Positions 27,732 through 38,202 of a DNA stretch of 64,000 nucleotides are shown piece after piece (the first letter of the stretch is position 1; every line of letters starts with the position of its first letter). The position numbers and the translations under genes were made by a program. Source of the stretch: Chloroflexota bacterium (GTDB taxonomy: Bacteria; Chloroflexota; Chloroflexia; Thermomicrobiales; UBA6265). The notes beneath the pieces are model-generated. The model searched no databases, had not been told where the DNA came from, and saw only the letters and a program-made list of their open reading frames with translations. The stretch covers positions 5,627 to 69,626 of the forward strand of contig JAFAEX010000158.1 in NCBI GenBank assembly GCA_023423795.1, given 5' to 3'.

Positions 27732-29648
27732 TTACCGGCCAGCGACGGCGTCGCGGCTATCCCGAAAGTACGGACTCGGCGGCGGGGCGAATCGTGCGCG
27801 GGCGCTCGCAAGGTCGGAAAGCCGCCGGGTCAGGTCGATCATCTCGTCGGCGTCGCCGGCTTCCTGCGCCGCCCGGAGTTGCGCCTGGACATCGCGCATG
27901 AGGGCTTCGTGGCGCTCGCGCCGGATGCGCTCGAGAGCGGAACGCGCATCCCGCTCGACCTGGCCGGGGTAGCGGGCCGGGGTCTGGGCGACCGATTCGA
28001 GCAGCCGTTCGGCGTGGTCGGCAACGGCGTCGTCGAGCGCCGCGATGATCTGCTCGGGTTCGAGCTGCATCGGGATGGAGGCGTCGGCCAGTACCTCCAG
28101 CAACTCCCGGTTGCGGGCGTCGAGGAGGTCGTCGGGGCGCACGTCGGCCAGCACGGCGGCGCAGATCTCGCGGTGCTTGAGCAGCAGCCCGAGCAGGTGA
28201 TCCTCGCGGTCGGCGCGAGATCCGTCGATGCCGGCCGGAAGCGCTCGCGTAGCGAGCGCCGCCGGCGCGGTCGCGGACGTCCGCAGGGTGGACCGCCGCA
28301 ACTCGCCGAGGATCGCCGCGTCCGCCAGCCCCAGCTTGCGCGCCAGTACCCCGACGTAATGCGCCTGCACGATCCGGTCGCCGATGCCTTGCAGCACCGG
28401 CACGACACGCTTGACGGCCTCGGCCTTTTCCCGCGCGTCGTTCGGGCCGACACCGGCCGTCACGCCTTCGATGAAGAAATCGAGGAACGGCACGGCGCCG
28501 GCGACCACCTCCGGCCAGCGCTCCGGGGCGCGGCGGATCAGTTCGTCCGGGTCCTTGCCCTCGGGTAGCCGCACGATGGCGATCTCGGCGTTGAGTTTGC
28601 GCTCCCACTGGATGACCGCTTGCGGCGCCGGACCGCGCCCCTGCACCGGCACGGCCACCGGGACGGCTTCGTCGCCCAGCGCGCGCGGCAGCATTTCCAG
28701 CGAGCGCAGGGTTGCCATCTGCCCGGCGCTGTCGGCGTCGAGGGCCAGCACGATGTGGCGTGACAGCCGCTTGACCAGCGCGATCTGGGCCTCGGTCACG
28801 GCGGTGCCCATCGCGGCCACGACGTTTGCGTGGCCGAACTGGTGGGCGGCGATGGCGTCCATGTAGCCCTCGACGATCACCACCTGGTCGGTCTGGCGGA
28901 TGGCGTCCTTCGCCACGTCGAGCCCGTAGAGCAGGCCGCTCTTGTCGAAGATCGCGGACTGCGCCGAGTTCAGGTACTTGGGCTGGGCGTCGCCGAGCGC
29001 GCGGCCGCCGAAGCCGACCGTGCGGCCCTCGCGGGTCCGGATCGGGAAGATCAGCCGGTTGCGGAAGCGGTCGTAGTAGCCGCCCGAGTCGCGCTGCTGC
29101 AGCAAGCCGGCCTCGTGGGCGAGGGCGGGATCGACGCCGCGCTCGGCGAGGTGCCGGTGCAGGTGGTCCCAGCCCTCCGGGGCGAAGCCGAGCCCGAAGC
29201 GGGCGAGCATCTCAGGCGACAATCCGCGCTGCTCGACCACCTGCCGACCCGGTTCGCCCATCCGGCTGTTGGTGAGGATGTTGGCGTAGAACGCGGCGGC
29301 GATTTCGTTGAGTTCGATGAGCCGCTGGCGGTGGGCGTCCACCTCCGGCGCGATAGTCGGGGCCGACGCCAGTTCGACGCCGGCCCGCCGCGCCAGTTCG
29401 TGCAGCGCCTCGCGGAACTCGACGTGCTCGACCTGCATGTAGAACGTGAAGGCGTCGCCGCCCTTGCCGCAGCCGAAGCAGTGGAAGTTCTGGGAATCGG
29501 GGAAGACCACGAACGACGGCGTCTTTTCCTGGTGGAACGGGCACAGCCCCTTGTAGGAGCGCCCGGCCCGCTTGAGCTGGACGTAGGTTCCCACCAGTTC
29601 GACGATGTCGGTGCGCTCGCGCACGTCCTGTACGGGATCGCGGGCCAT
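27732..29648 (-). CDS. dnaG: DNA primase
   Basis: Zinc-binding CPFHQEKTPSFVVFPDSQNFHCFGCG. TOPRIM region VIVEGYMD...LDADSAG. Confidence 0.93.
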   Translation of the reverse strand: MARDPVQDVRERTDIVELVGTYVQLKRAGRSYKGLCPFHQEKTPSFVVFPDSQNFHCFGCGKGGDAFTFYMQVEHVEFREALHELARRAGVELASAPTIAPEVDAHRQRLIELNEIAAAFYANILTNSRMGEPGRQVVEQRGLSPEMLARFGLGFAPEGWDHLHRHLAERGVDPALAHEAGLLQQRDSGGYYDRFRNRLIFPIRTREGRTVGFGGRALGDAQPKYLNSAQSAIFDKSGLLYGLDVAKDAIRQTDQVVIVEGYMDAIAAHQFGHANVVAAMGTAVTEAQIALVKRLSRHIVLALDADSAGQMATLRSLEMLPRALGDEAVPVAVPVQGRGPAPQAVIQWERKLNAEIAIVRLPEGKDPDELIRRAPERWPEVVAGAVPFLDFFIEGVTAGVGPNDAREKAEAVKRVVPVLQGIGDRIVQAHYVGVLARKLGLADAAILGELRRSTLRTSATAPAALATRALPAGIDGSRADREDHLLGLLLKHREICAAVLADVRPDDLLDARNRELLEVLADASIPMQLEPEQIIAALDDAVADHAERLLESVAQTPARYPGQVERDARSALERIRRERHEALMRDVQAQLRAAQEAGDADEMIDLTRRLSDLASARARFAPPPSPYFRDSRDAVAGR

Positions 29649-29730
29649 CGGCTGCCTCGTTTCGGCGACGTCGAGGACGGCGGCGCGGAACCGCCGAACC
29701 GGGGTTGACGGGCGGGGCAGGGGAATCGGG

Positions 29731-30786
29731 TCAAACTGACCAATTCTGCGGCACGAAGAGCCGTTCGTACAGGTCGATCGCGTATCGGTCGGTCATTGAG
29801 GCCACGTAGTCCGCGACGAGACGTTCCGGCGGTTCGTTGCGTCCGTGCCCTTGCCACTCCTCCGGCAGGCGAGCCGCGTCATCGCAGTAGTGGGCGAACA
29901 GGGCGCGCACGATGTGCTGGGCGCGGGCCGTGTTGGGCTGTTCGTTCAGGGGAGTATAGACCCGTTCGTACAGGAACTCCCGGAGCACGTCGGCCGCCGC
30001 CCGCACCGGTTCGGAGGTGGCGATGAAGCCCGGCGGGTTCTCGGCGTCGGACGCCGCGACGATGTCGCGGACCAAGGTATCGATGCGCGCGGCGTGGGTG
30101 CGGCCGAGGATCTCGAGCACGTCGGCCGGCACCTCGGCCGGGTCCAGCAGGCCGGCGCGCAGGGCGTCGTCGAGATCGTGGTTGATGTAAGCGACCCCGT
30201 CGGCAATCTTGACGATGTCGCCTTCCAGCGTGCCCGGTTGCCCGGCGGCATTGGCGGTGATGCCGGAGCGCGATTTCGAGTGGCGCAGGATGCCGTCGCG
30301 TGTCGGTTCGGTCAGGTTCAGCCCCTGGCCGTCCTTTTCCAGCACGTCCACGACGCGAAGGCTCTGCTCGTTGTGGCGGAAGCCTGGAAATACCTCGGCG
30401 AGGGCACGTTCGCCGGCGTGGCCGAACGGCGTGTGCCCGAGGTCGTGCCCGGTGGCGATCGCCTCGATCAGGTCCTCGTTCAGCCGAAGCGCCCGGCCGA
30501 TGGTCCGCGCGATCTGGGTAACTTCGAGGGTGTGCGTCAGCCGCGTCCGGTAGTGATCGCCGGTCGGCGCGATGAAGACCTGCGTCTTGTGCATCAGCCG
30601 CCGGAACGACTTGGTGTGGAGGATGCGGTCGCGGTCCCGCTGGAAACTGGTCCGCAGGTCCGATTCCGCTTCGGGACGCGCGCGGTGCTGTCCGGCGCTG
30701 CGGCACGCCGCGGGCGCGAGCCATGCGTCCTCGCGCGCTTCGAGCATGGCGCGGATGCCGGCGGAAACGGCAGGGACGTCGGTCAC
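29731..30786 (-). CDS. dgt: dGTP triphosphohydrolase-like HD-domain protein
   Basis: FQRDRDRILHTKSFRRLMHKTQVF, HD motif THTLEV...GHDLGHTPFGH. GTG 30786 behind GGGAGG was preferred, because the first 25 codons of the track ORF have low GC3. Confidence 0.88.
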   Translation of the reverse strand: MTDVPAVSAGIRAMLEAREDAWLAPAACRSAGQHRARPEAESDLRTSFQRDRDRILHTKSFRRLMHKTQVFIAPTGDHYRTRLTHTLEVTQIARTIGRALRLNEDLIEAIATGHDLGHTPFGHAGERALAEVFPGFRHNEQSLRVVDVLEKDGQGLNLTEPTRDGILRHSKSRSGITANAAGQPGTLEGDIVKIADGVAYINHDLDDALRAGLLDPAEVPADVLEILGRTHAARIDTLVRDIVAASDAENPPGFIATSEPVRAAADVLREFLYERVYTPLNEQPNTARAQHIVRALFAHYCDDAARLPEEWQGHGRNEPPERLVADYVASMTDRYAIDLYERLFVPQNWSV

Positions 30787-31053
30787 GATGCGCCTCCCGG
30801 ACACTGGACCATCATGAACGCACGGTACCATGATTTCGTCGCGAGCAGCGTATACGTTCAAGGTGTACGTACAGACCGGCTGTGCATCGGATAAGAGTCA
30901 TTTGGGGGTAGAGACGGTGCCATGGCGGTTCGACGACTGCATGGATCGATATGGTCATCGAGGATTGAGATGTGAAGGTCTGTTTCGCTAGCTCGCGACT
31001 CCGTACGGCGTCGCGATTCCCGTATCGGCCAACCGGATGACGGACTAGGGCTC

Positions 31054-31130
31054 CGTCATCCCGAGCGTGTCGCAGGATCTCGTCTTCGTGCCTTTGTCGG
31101 GGCGACGAGACCCCTCGATATGCACGAGGC
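31054..31130. repeat. Decayed family-1 repeat
   Basis: Left arm GTCATCCCGAGCGTGTCGCAGGATCTCGTC is intact-like. The right arm is only partly recognisable (GACGAGACCCCTCGATATGCACGAGG). Confidence 0.6.
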
Positions 31131-31335
31131 GACCGGGGGTGCAGGCGCATGGACGGGAATGCGGGCGTGGACCGGTTGGCGAACCCCCATCGACCGCAAC
31201 GGCGCGATCGATTCGCACGGATGACCAGCGGTGAGGCGGGAAGCCGGTTTGGGAGCCCCGACCCTGTCGCCGAGCGACACGTTCGCAACACGCGGCGCGG
31301 TCCCGAGATTACCCTGGAATGCGCGGCCGAGTGAC

Positions 31336-33747
31336 TCAGCCGATCGGTTCGAGCCTGGCGAAGCTGGCCATCATGCGCTTCGCGCCGTGGCGGGCGAAGG
31401 TGATGGAGAGTTCCTGGTCGCCGTCTCGACGGTCGTCGGCGCTGGTGACGACGCCCTCGCCGAACTTGGCGTGGAACACCTTGTCGCCGGCCGCAAAGCG
31501 GTGAGCCGGCGGCGGCGGGGGCGGGGCTTCCTTCGCCACGGCCGTCCACCCGGGTGAATCGGATGCGCTGCGGACCTTGCTGGTGAGCGAGAACGAGCCG
31601 CTGGCGCTCGCCCGGGCCGACTTGCGCCGCCCGAGGTCCTCGACGTGCATCTCCGGCACCTGCGCCATGAAGCGCGAGACGACGGCTGGCTGGTAGCGCC
31701 CGTAGGTCGCGCGCCCGGCGGCGTAGGTCAGGTACAGGAGTTTCTCCGCCCGCGTGATGCCGACGTAGAACAGCCGCCGCTCTTCCTCCATCGGTAGCGG
31801 GTCGGACCACTCCGCCTCCACCGCCCGCGAGATGGGCAGCAGCCCGTCCTCGACGCCGCAGATGAAGACGACGGGGAACTCCAGCCCCTTGGCCGAATGC
31901 AGCGTGATCAGCGTCACCTTGCCGCGCCCGTCGTCCTCCATCGTGTCCACGTCGGAGACCAGCGAGACCTGTTCGAGGTAGGTGGGCAACTGCTCGTCCG
32001 GCGGCAGCACGTCGTATTTTTCGAGGTCGGTCCGCAGTTCGAGCACGTTGGCCCAGCGCTGCATCTCCTCCTCGTCGTCGTGGTTGAACGAGGCCGCGTA
32101 GCCGGTTTCGTCCACCACGCGGTCGAACAACTCCGGCAACGCCAGCGTCGGCTGGGCTTCGCGCAGTTTCGCGAAAACGGTCCCGAGCTTCGTCGCCGCC
32201 GTGCGCGCCGCGCCGGACAACTCGGGCGCGCCGTCGTCGCCCCTGCCCGGCGCGAGCGCGACGAACCCTTCCAGCAGCGGGCGACCGTGCATCGTCGCCC
32301 AGAGCCGCACGGCGTCGAGCGCCTTTGGCCCCAACCCGCGCCCGAGGGGGAGATTGCCGATCACCCGTTCGAGGCTGACCTCGTCGGCCGGATTGTGGAG
32401 CAGGCGCAGGACGGCGAGGACGTCCTTGACCTCTTTCCGCTCGTAGAAGCGCACCCCGCCGACGATGCGGTAGGGGATGTCCGAGGTGCGGAACGCCTCT
32501 TCCAGCACGCGGGACTGGGCGCCGGTGCGGTACATGACGGCCACGTCGTCGCCGCTCATGCCCGTGCGGGCCAGCACCCGGCGGATCTCGTCCACCACGA
32601 ATCGGGCCTCATGGTTGCCGTCGGTGAGCTCGCGGACGACGATCTTGGCGCCCTCGTCATTCTCCGTCCGGAGCCGGCGGTCGATGCGCTGGGTGTTGGC
32701 GCGGATCACCCGGTCGGCGGTGTCCACGATCCGCTGGGTCGAGCGGTAGTTGAGTTCGAGGTCGATCCGGGTGGCGTCGGGAAAGTCCTTCTCGAAGTCG
32801 AGGATGTTGCGGATGTCGGCCTGCCGCCAGCCGTAGATCGACTGGTCGGGGTCGCCGACGACGAAAAGGTTGCGGTGCTTCTCGGCCAGCGCCGAAACGA
32901 GGATGTACTGGACGCGGTTGGTGTCCTGGTACTCGTCCACCATGACGTGGCGGAACCGCTCCTGGTAAGCGCCGAGCAGCCCGGGCGCCTGGTCGAAGAG
33001 CTGGAGCGGCATGCCGAGCAGGTCGTCGAAATCGACCGCGTTCGCCTTGCGCAGCGCCCGCTGGTACTCCTTGAAGACGCGGGCTACTACCTCGTCGTCG
33101 TAGGTCTCGGTGGCGTTGGCGAACTCCTCCGGCGACAGCAGCAGACTCTTGGCCGCCGAAATTCGCGACAGCATCCGCCGGGGCGCGACCTGCTTGGGGT
33201 CGAGGCCGACCGCCTGCACGGCTTTCTTGGCGAGGTCCATCTGGTCGGCGTCGTCGTAGATCAGGAAGTTCGGCAGCAGCCCGATCCGGTCCGCAACCAG
33301 ACCGGGGTTCTGGCGCAGCACGCGCACGCCGAACGAGTGGAACGTGCCCATCACCAGCCCGCGCAGGTCGCGGCCGTCGAGCAGTTTTTCGATGCGGTCG
33401 CGCATCTCGCGGGCGGCCTTGTTGGTGAACGTCACCGCGAGGATCTGCTCCGGCAACACCCCGCAGGCGTCGATCAGGTAGGCGATGCGATGGACCAGCA
33501 CCCGCGTCTTGCCCGAACCGGGTCCGGCGACGACCAGCACCGGTCCGTCCACGGTCGTGACGGCCCGTTGCTGCTCGACATTCAGGCCGTGCAGAAGGGC
33601 GTGCGCGGGTTCGGTCTGGGTAGCATCGGCGGCATTCACGGGCGCATCCTCGGGCTCGGCAGGGCCAATCGTGGGCAGGGGAGAACCGGTCGCCGGACAG
33701 GTGTTGCATCGCCGGGACCGGGGCGGGAAACGAGCCGAGTCTAGCAT
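31336..33747 (-). CDS. pcrA: ATP-dependent DNA helicase PcrA/UvrD family
   Basis: Helicase motifs AGPGSGKT, DEYQDTN, YRSTQ, VTLITLHSAKGLEFPVVF. The start may be GTG 33639. Confidence 0.92.
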   Translation of the reverse strand: MLDSARFPPRSRRCNTCPATGSPLPTIGPAEPEDAPVNAADATQTEPAHALLHGLNVEQQRAVTTVDGPVLVVAGPGSGKTRVLVHRIAYLIDACGVLPEQILAVTFTNKAAREMRDRIEKLLDGRDLRGLVMGTFHSFGVRVLRQNPGLVADRIGLLPNFLIYDDADQMDLAKKAVQAVGLDPKQVAPRRMLSRISAAKSLLLSPEEFANATETYDDEVVARVFKEYQRALRKANAVDFDDLLGMPLQLFDQAPGLLGAYQERFRHVMVDEYQDTNRVQYILVSALAEKHRNLFVVGDPDQSIYGWRQADIRNILDFEKDFPDATRIDLELNYRSTQRIVDTADRVIRANTQRIDRRLRTENDEGAKIVVRELTDGNHEARFVVDEIRRVLARTGMSGDDVAVMYRTGAQSRVLEEAFRTSDIPYRIVGGVRFYERKEVKDVLAVLRLLHNPADEVSLERVIGNLPLGRGLGPKALDAVRLWATMHGRPLLEGFVALAPGRGDDGAPELSGAARTAATKLGTVFAKLREAQPTLALPELFDRVVDETGYAASFNHDDEEEMQRWANVLELRTDLEKYDVLPPDEQLPTYLEQVSLVSDVDTMEDDGRGKVTLITLHSAKGLEFPVVFICGVEDGLLPISRAVEAEWSDPLPMEEERRLFYVGITRAEKLLYLTYAAGRATYGRYQPAVVSRFMAQVPEMHVEDLGRRKSARASASGSFSLTSKVRSASDSPGWTAVAKEAPPPPPPAHRFAAGDKVFHAKFGEGVVTSADDRRDGDQELSITFARHGAKRMMASFARLEPIG

Positions 33748-33834
33748 CGGCGGCCTCGTCCAACGCCGCTCCCCGCGTTGACGATGCCGCCGGACGCTTG
33801 GTATCCTTTCTTCCGTCGCAACGCGCCGACGTAG

Positions 33835-33909
33835 CTCAGCGGCAGAGCAAGGGACTCATAAGCCCTTGGCCGGTGGTTCGATTCCACCCGTCGGCACCAG
33901 CGAGGTTCG
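33835..33909 (+). tRNA. tRNA with anticodon CAT (elongator Met or lysidine-dependent Ile2)
   Basis: Acceptor GCCGACG/CGTCGGC with paired 1-72 (so not an initiator), loop CTCATAA, T arm GGTGG-TTCGATT-CCACC, encoded CCA. Confidence 0.85.
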
Positions 33910-33918
33910 CCCGGTCCG

Positions 33919-33951
33919 CATGCGGATCGGGCGTTTTGTTTGTTCACCACC
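33919..33951 (+). terminator. Intrinsic terminator after tRNA-CAT
   Basis: 11-bp stem GCCCGGTCCGC/GCGGATCGGGC (one G-U pair) followed by GTTTTGTTTG. Confidence 0.75.
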
Positions 33952-34137
33952 GCCCGGAATTCCCGGTGCGATGCCTCTTCGCGGCCTGCGAGTTGCTCCG
34001 GAAGTCAGGATTCCGTAGCAGCGTTTTCAGCACCTAATACATGCGAATGCTCGGCCGCGCCGATAGACTGCAGCCCCGCCAGAACGCGAACGTGCAGCGA
34101 CCGCGCCTCCGGCCCGCCGGCACTACACTCCGCCTCC

Positions 34138-35205
34138 ATGGACGGATTTCAAGGCGCCTTGCCGCGCACGCGTCAGACGCCGGTCGGCCTCGAACAACGG
34201 CTGGCCTTGCGACTTCGCGGCGCGGGGTTTGCGGTCGGTGCGCCACTCGTCGTGGGGTTCTCCGGCGGGACGGATTCGCTGGCGCTGGCGGCGGCATTCG
34301 CCCGCGTGCGTGAGCCCGGGCGGCGCATCGTGCTGGCCCACGTCGATCATGGCTTGAGGCCCGATTCCGCTGACCACGCCGATGCCGCGAACGCGCTGGC
34401 CGCGACGCTGGGTCTTCCGTTTCGCGCGTGCCGGATCGCCGGCGAACCGCGCTCGCTCCATCCCGGGCTCGGCGTCGAGGAGGCCGCCCGCCGTGAGCGG
34501 TACCGGCTGCTCGCGGCGATCGTGCGGGGCGAAGGGGCGGCGGCGCTCGCCCTCGCCCACCACCGCGACGACCAGGCGGAGACGGTGCTGCTCCACGTGC
34601 TGCGGGGAGCGGGAACGAGCGGCGCCGCCGCGATGGCGGAGACGGTCGTCCGCCCGGTGCCGTGGTGGGACGATCCGGAAGCCGGGCCGTGGCCGTTGAC
34701 GATCTGGCGCCCGCTGATCGCGGAACCGCGCGCCGAACTCGCTGCCTACGTCTCGGCGACCGGGCTTGCGCCGCTGCACGATCCGACGAATGATGATCCC
34801 GCCTTCCGGCGAAACCTCGTCCGGCACGAGGTGCTGCCGGCGCTCGAGCAGGTGTGGCCGGGCGCGGCGGCGGCGCTTTCCCGCCACGCCGCGCTGGCGG
34901 CCGAGGACGACGCGCTGTTGTCGGGGATGGCTGCCGCGGTGCTCGCCGAGGCGCGTGTCCACGGCGGACTTCTCGCCGCACGGGTCTCGGGCGAGCCGCC
35001 GGCGATCGCGCGCCGGGTCATCCGGGCGTGGCTCGTGGACAATGCGCCCGGGCTGGAGATTTCGGCCGAGCGCACCGATGCCGTGTTCGGGTTGCTGGAC
35101 CCGGGACGCGGCGGGCGCCGGATCGACGTGGGGCAGGGGTGGACCGCGATCGGGCGGAGCGGGATGATCCGGCTGGAGCGTCGGACGGGCGGGGAGGACG
35201 GATGA
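34138..35205 (+). CDS. tilS: tRNA(Ile)-lysidine synthase
   Basis: PP-loop VGFSGGTDSLAL. Conserved tilS-hpt-ftsH order. The start ATG 34138 has no obvious RBS. Confidence 0.85.
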   Translation: MDGFQGALPRTRQTPVGLEQRLALRLRGAGFAVGAPLVVGFSGGTDSLALAAAFARVREPGRRIVLAHVDHGLRPDSADHADAANALAATLGLPFRACRIAGEPRSLHPGLGVEEAARRERYRLLAAIVRGEGAAALALAHHRDDQAETVLLHVLRGAGTSGAAAMAETVVRPVPWWDDPEAGPWPLTIWRPLIAEPRAELAAYVSATGLAPLHDPTNDDPAFRRNLVRHEVLPALEQVWPGAAAALSRHAALAAEDDALLSGMAAAVLAEARVHGGLLAARVSGEPPAIARRVIRAWLVDNAPGLEISAERTDAVFGLLDPGRGGRRIDVGQGWTAIGRSGMIRLERRTGGEDG

Positions 35206-35762
35206 ACTGGCAACGGGAACCGCGGGCAGCCGGGGTGGCGAAGATCCTGATCACCGAGCAGGAGTTGCAGCGGCGCATCTACGAACTCGGCCGGGAACTG
35301 GACCGCCGTTACGTCGGCAAGGCGCCGCTGATGGTCGGCGTCCTCAACGGCGCTGTCGCGTTCATGACCGACCTGATGCGGGCGATGACCGTGCCGGTCG
35401 AGATCGACTTCATGGCCGTCTCGTCCTACGGCGCATCGACGCGGAGTTCCGGGGTCGTCCGTATCATCAAGGACCTTAACAACGAGGTCGAGGGCCGCGA
35501 CGTCCTCGTCGTCGAGGACATTGTCGATAGCGGCCTGACCCTGCAGTACCTGCTCGACGTGCTCCAGCGGCGCAACCCGGCCTCGCTGGAGGTGGTCGCC
35601 CTGCTGCGCAAGGACAAGCCGGACGCCATCGACGTGCAGGTCGATTTGGCAGGGTTCGACATCCCGGACGAGTTCGTCGTCGGGTACGGGCTCGATTACG
35701 CGGAGCGGTACCGGAACCTTCCCTACGTCGCCGTCCTGGACCCGTCCGCAATCGAGGAATAA
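35202..35762 (+). CDS. hpt: Hypoxanthine phosphoribosyltransferase
   Basis: PRPP motif VLVVEDIVDSGLTL. ATGA overlap with the tilS stop. Confidence 0.92.
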   Translation: MNWQREPRAAGVAKILITEQELQRRIYELGRELDRRYVGKAPLMVGVLNGAVAFMTDLMRAMTVPVEIDFMAVSSYGASTRSSGVVRIIKDLNNEVEGRDVLVVEDIVDSGLTLQYLLDVLQRRNPASLEVVALLRKDKPDAIDVQVDLAGFDIPDEFVVGYGLDYAERYRNLPYVAVLDPSAIEE

Positions 35763-35849
35763 CCCGGTTCGGGTGTATACTTTTCCGCTACGCGCCGCCT
35801 GCCCGCGATGACGGAGACGTTCCCGACGGCGCGCTGCGGGAGACAGTTC

Positions 35850-37820
35850 ATGGGTGAATCGAAATGGCTCCGGAACGGGCTGGTCTGGCTCGTTCTCGTT
35901 GTCGCGACCATCGCCTTGTGGGTGACGTTCGTCGGCAACGACCCGCAGACCGAGAACATAAGCGTCGGCCAGATGGCGGCGGCGATCCGCGGCAACCAGG
36001 TTGACCGGCTCGTCCAGAAGCAGGACGGGCGTGATGTCATCGTTCACTACCGCGACGGGGCGGGCCTCGCCAACGCGGTGGTCACGCTGCCGGCTGGCAC
36101 CGACCTGCTTACCGTCCTCGACAACTACGGCATCGAGGCGTCGTCGCTGCCGCCGGACCTGGTCGTGTTCGAACCGGCCAGCCGCTGGACCGGCCTGCTG
36201 TCGGCCATGACCTTCCTCCTGCCGACGCTGTTCCTGATCGGCATCTTCGTCTTCATGATGCGGCAGGCGCAGGGCAGCAACAACCAGGCGATGAGTTTCG
36301 GCAAGAGCCGCGCCCGCCTCTTCACCGGCAACAAGCCGACGGTGACGTTCGCCGACGTCGCCGGGGTCGATGAGGCCAAGGAAGAACTGGTCGAGGTCGT
36401 CGAGTTCCTCAAGTACCCGGAGAAGTTCGCCGCGCTCGGCGCGCGCATCCCGCGCGGCGTGCTGCTCGTCGGACCGCCGGGTACCGGCAAGACCCTTCTG
36501 TCGCGGGCCGTCGCCGGCGAGGCGGGGGTGCCGTTCTTCTCGATCTCCGGTTCGGAGTTCGTCGAGATGTTCGTCGGCGTCGGCGCAAGCCGGGTCCGGG
36601 ACCTTTTCGAGCAAGCCAAGCGCAACGCGCCCTGCATCGTCTTCGTTGACGAGATCGACGCCGTCGGCCGGCAACGTGGGGCCGGCCTCGGCGGCAGCCA
36701 CGACGAGCGGGAGCAGACCCTCAACCAGATCCTGGTCGAGATGGACGGTTTCGACTCGTCCACCAACGTCATCGTCATCGCCGCGACCAACCGGCCCGAC
36801 GTGCTGGACCCGGCGCTGCTGCGCCCGGGCCGCTTCGACCGGCAGGTGATCCTGGACCGGCCCGACATCGCCGGTCGCCGGCAAATCCTCGAAGTCCACG
36901 CCCGCGGAAAGCCGCTGGAAGAAGAAGTCTCGGTGGAGAACCTGGCCCGCCAGACGCCGGGCTTTTCCGGCGCGGACCTGGAGAACCTCGTCAACGAAGC
37001 GGCGATCCTCGCCGCGCGGCGAAACAAGAAGACCGTCGGCCACGATGAACTGACCGAGGCGATCGACCGCGTGATCGCCGGGCCGCAGCGCAAGAGCCGG
37101 GTCATCTCCGAGCGCGAGCGCACGATGACCGCCTACCACGAGGCCGGTCACGCGCTCGTCGCCCGCATGCTGCCCAACGCCGACCCGGTGCGGAAGGTCA
37201 GCATCGTCGCCCGCGGCATGATGGGCGGCTACACGCGCGTGGTGCCGAACGAGGACCGCCTGTTCAAGACCAAGGCCCAGTTCGAGGACGACCTCGCGGT
37301 CTTCATGGCGGGGCACGTCGCCGAGATGATGGTGTTCGAGGAGCAGTCCACCGGCGCGGCCAACGACATCGAGCGGGCGACCGCCGTGGCGCGGCGGATG
37401 GTCACCGAGTTCGGGATGAGCGACCTCGGCCCGCTCGCGTTCGGCAAGAAGGACGAACTGGTCTTCCTCGGCCGCGAGATCTCCGAACAGCGCAACTACA
37501 GCGACGAGGTGGCCTACCGGATCGACCAGGAGATCGGCCGCCTCGTCGAGCAGGCGCACGCCCGCGCCAGGGAGATCCTCTCCACCCACGCGGACAAACT
37601 GGAAGCCATCGCCGAGTTGCTGATCCGGGAAGAGACGATCGAGGGGGAGGAACTCGAAGCCCTCTTCGACACCCCGCGCCCGCAGCCGGACCTGGTCGGG
37701 CCGCCGCTGGGCCGCCCGGCGACCCGCTTCAATCCGCGCCCGCAGGTCGCGCCGGACAACCGGCCGGAACTGGACGCCAAGTCTGGCCCCGGCAAGTGGT
37801 CGCCGCAACCCGCCGACTGA
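35850..37820 (+). CDS. ftsH: ATP-dependent zinc metalloprotease FtsH
   Basis: Walker [12 protein letters not shown] region, HEAGH zinc motif. ATG 35850 behind GGGAGA was preferred over 35808. Confidence 0.95.
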   Translation: MGESKWLRNGLVWLVLVVATIALWVTFVGNDPQTENISVGQMAAAIRGNQVDRLVQKQDGRDVIVHYRDGAGLANAVVTLPAGTDLLTVLDNYGIEASSLPPDLVVFEPASRWTGLLSAMTFLLPTLFLIGIFVFMMRQAQGSNNQAMSFGKSRARLFTGNKPTVTFADVAGVDEAKEELVEVVEFLKYPEKFAALGARIPRGVLLVGPPGTGKTLLSRAVAGEAGVPFFSISGSEFVEMFVGVGASRVRDLFEQAKRNAPCIVFVDEIDAVGRQRGAGLGGSHDEREQTLNQILVEMDGFDSSTNVIVIAATNRPDVLDPALLRPGRFDRQVILDRPDIAGRRQILEVHARGKPLEEEVSVENLARQTPGFSGADLENLVNEAAILAARRNKKTVGHDELTEAIDRVIAGPQRKSRVISERERTMTAYHEAGHALVARMLPNADPVRKVSIVARGMMGGYTRVVPNEDRLFKTKAQFEDDLAVFMAGHVAEMMVFEEQSTGAANDIERATAVARRMVTEFGMSDLGPLAFGKKDELVFLGREISEQRNYSDEVAYRIDQEIGRLVEQAHARAREILSTHADKLEAIAELLIREETIEGEELEALFDTPRPQPDLVGPPLGRPATRFNPRPQVAPDNRPELDAKSGPGKWSPQPAD

Positions 37821-37846
37821 CCGTTTCAGGCAGTCTGGTCCCTTCC

Positions 37847-37880
37847 GCGCCCGGTCGAACGACCGGGCGCGGTTTCGTTC
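37847..37880 (+). terminator. Terminator after ftsH
   Basis: GCGCCCGGTC-GAAC-GACCGGGCGC followed by GGTTTCGTT. Confidence 0.7.
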
Positions 37881-38202
37881 CCGTGCCCGATCGCAGGTTG
37901 GGGCGCACTCCGCGAACGCGGTGGCACAGACACCCCTTGCACGTACTTCCGGGCGTTGGGGTGGGAGGGAACGCGAATCGACCCGACTGCGGTCGTTCTG
38001 GCGCGTACGTACGCAGAGATTCGCGATCGAAAAAATGCCGAGCCAGCAGCGAAGAAGGGCCGAGGAAACACGGTTGAAGGCGCTGCACGCAACCTGACCG
38101 GGTCCGGCCCAGTACGGCGGGCAAGGGATGGGTCAGGCGGCCGGAGAGACGGGTTCGCTGGCGCCACCGGCCACCGGCCGGATCTCGGAGGTTTGCGCAC
38201 GA

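Noticed and set aside
30787-30861. First 25 codons of the dgt ORF (MNVYAARDEIMVPCVHDGPVSGRRI)
   Set aside because: Many third positions are A/T in a genome with very high GC3. A strong GGGAGG-N6-GTG start follows at 30786.
34746-37808. 1020-aa ORF on the minus strand
   Set aside because: It is antisense to tilS, hpt and ftsH, which have unmistakable family motifs. The product is Arg/Pro/Gly/Ala-rich low-complexity sequence, typical of stop-codon-poor antisense frames in high-GC DNA.
38080-38160. SRP (4.5S) RNA-like sequence (GACCGGGTCCGG / GGTCAGG)
   Set aside because: There is no GGAA tetraloop with the conserved AGCA/GGAAG symmetric-loop context on either strand.
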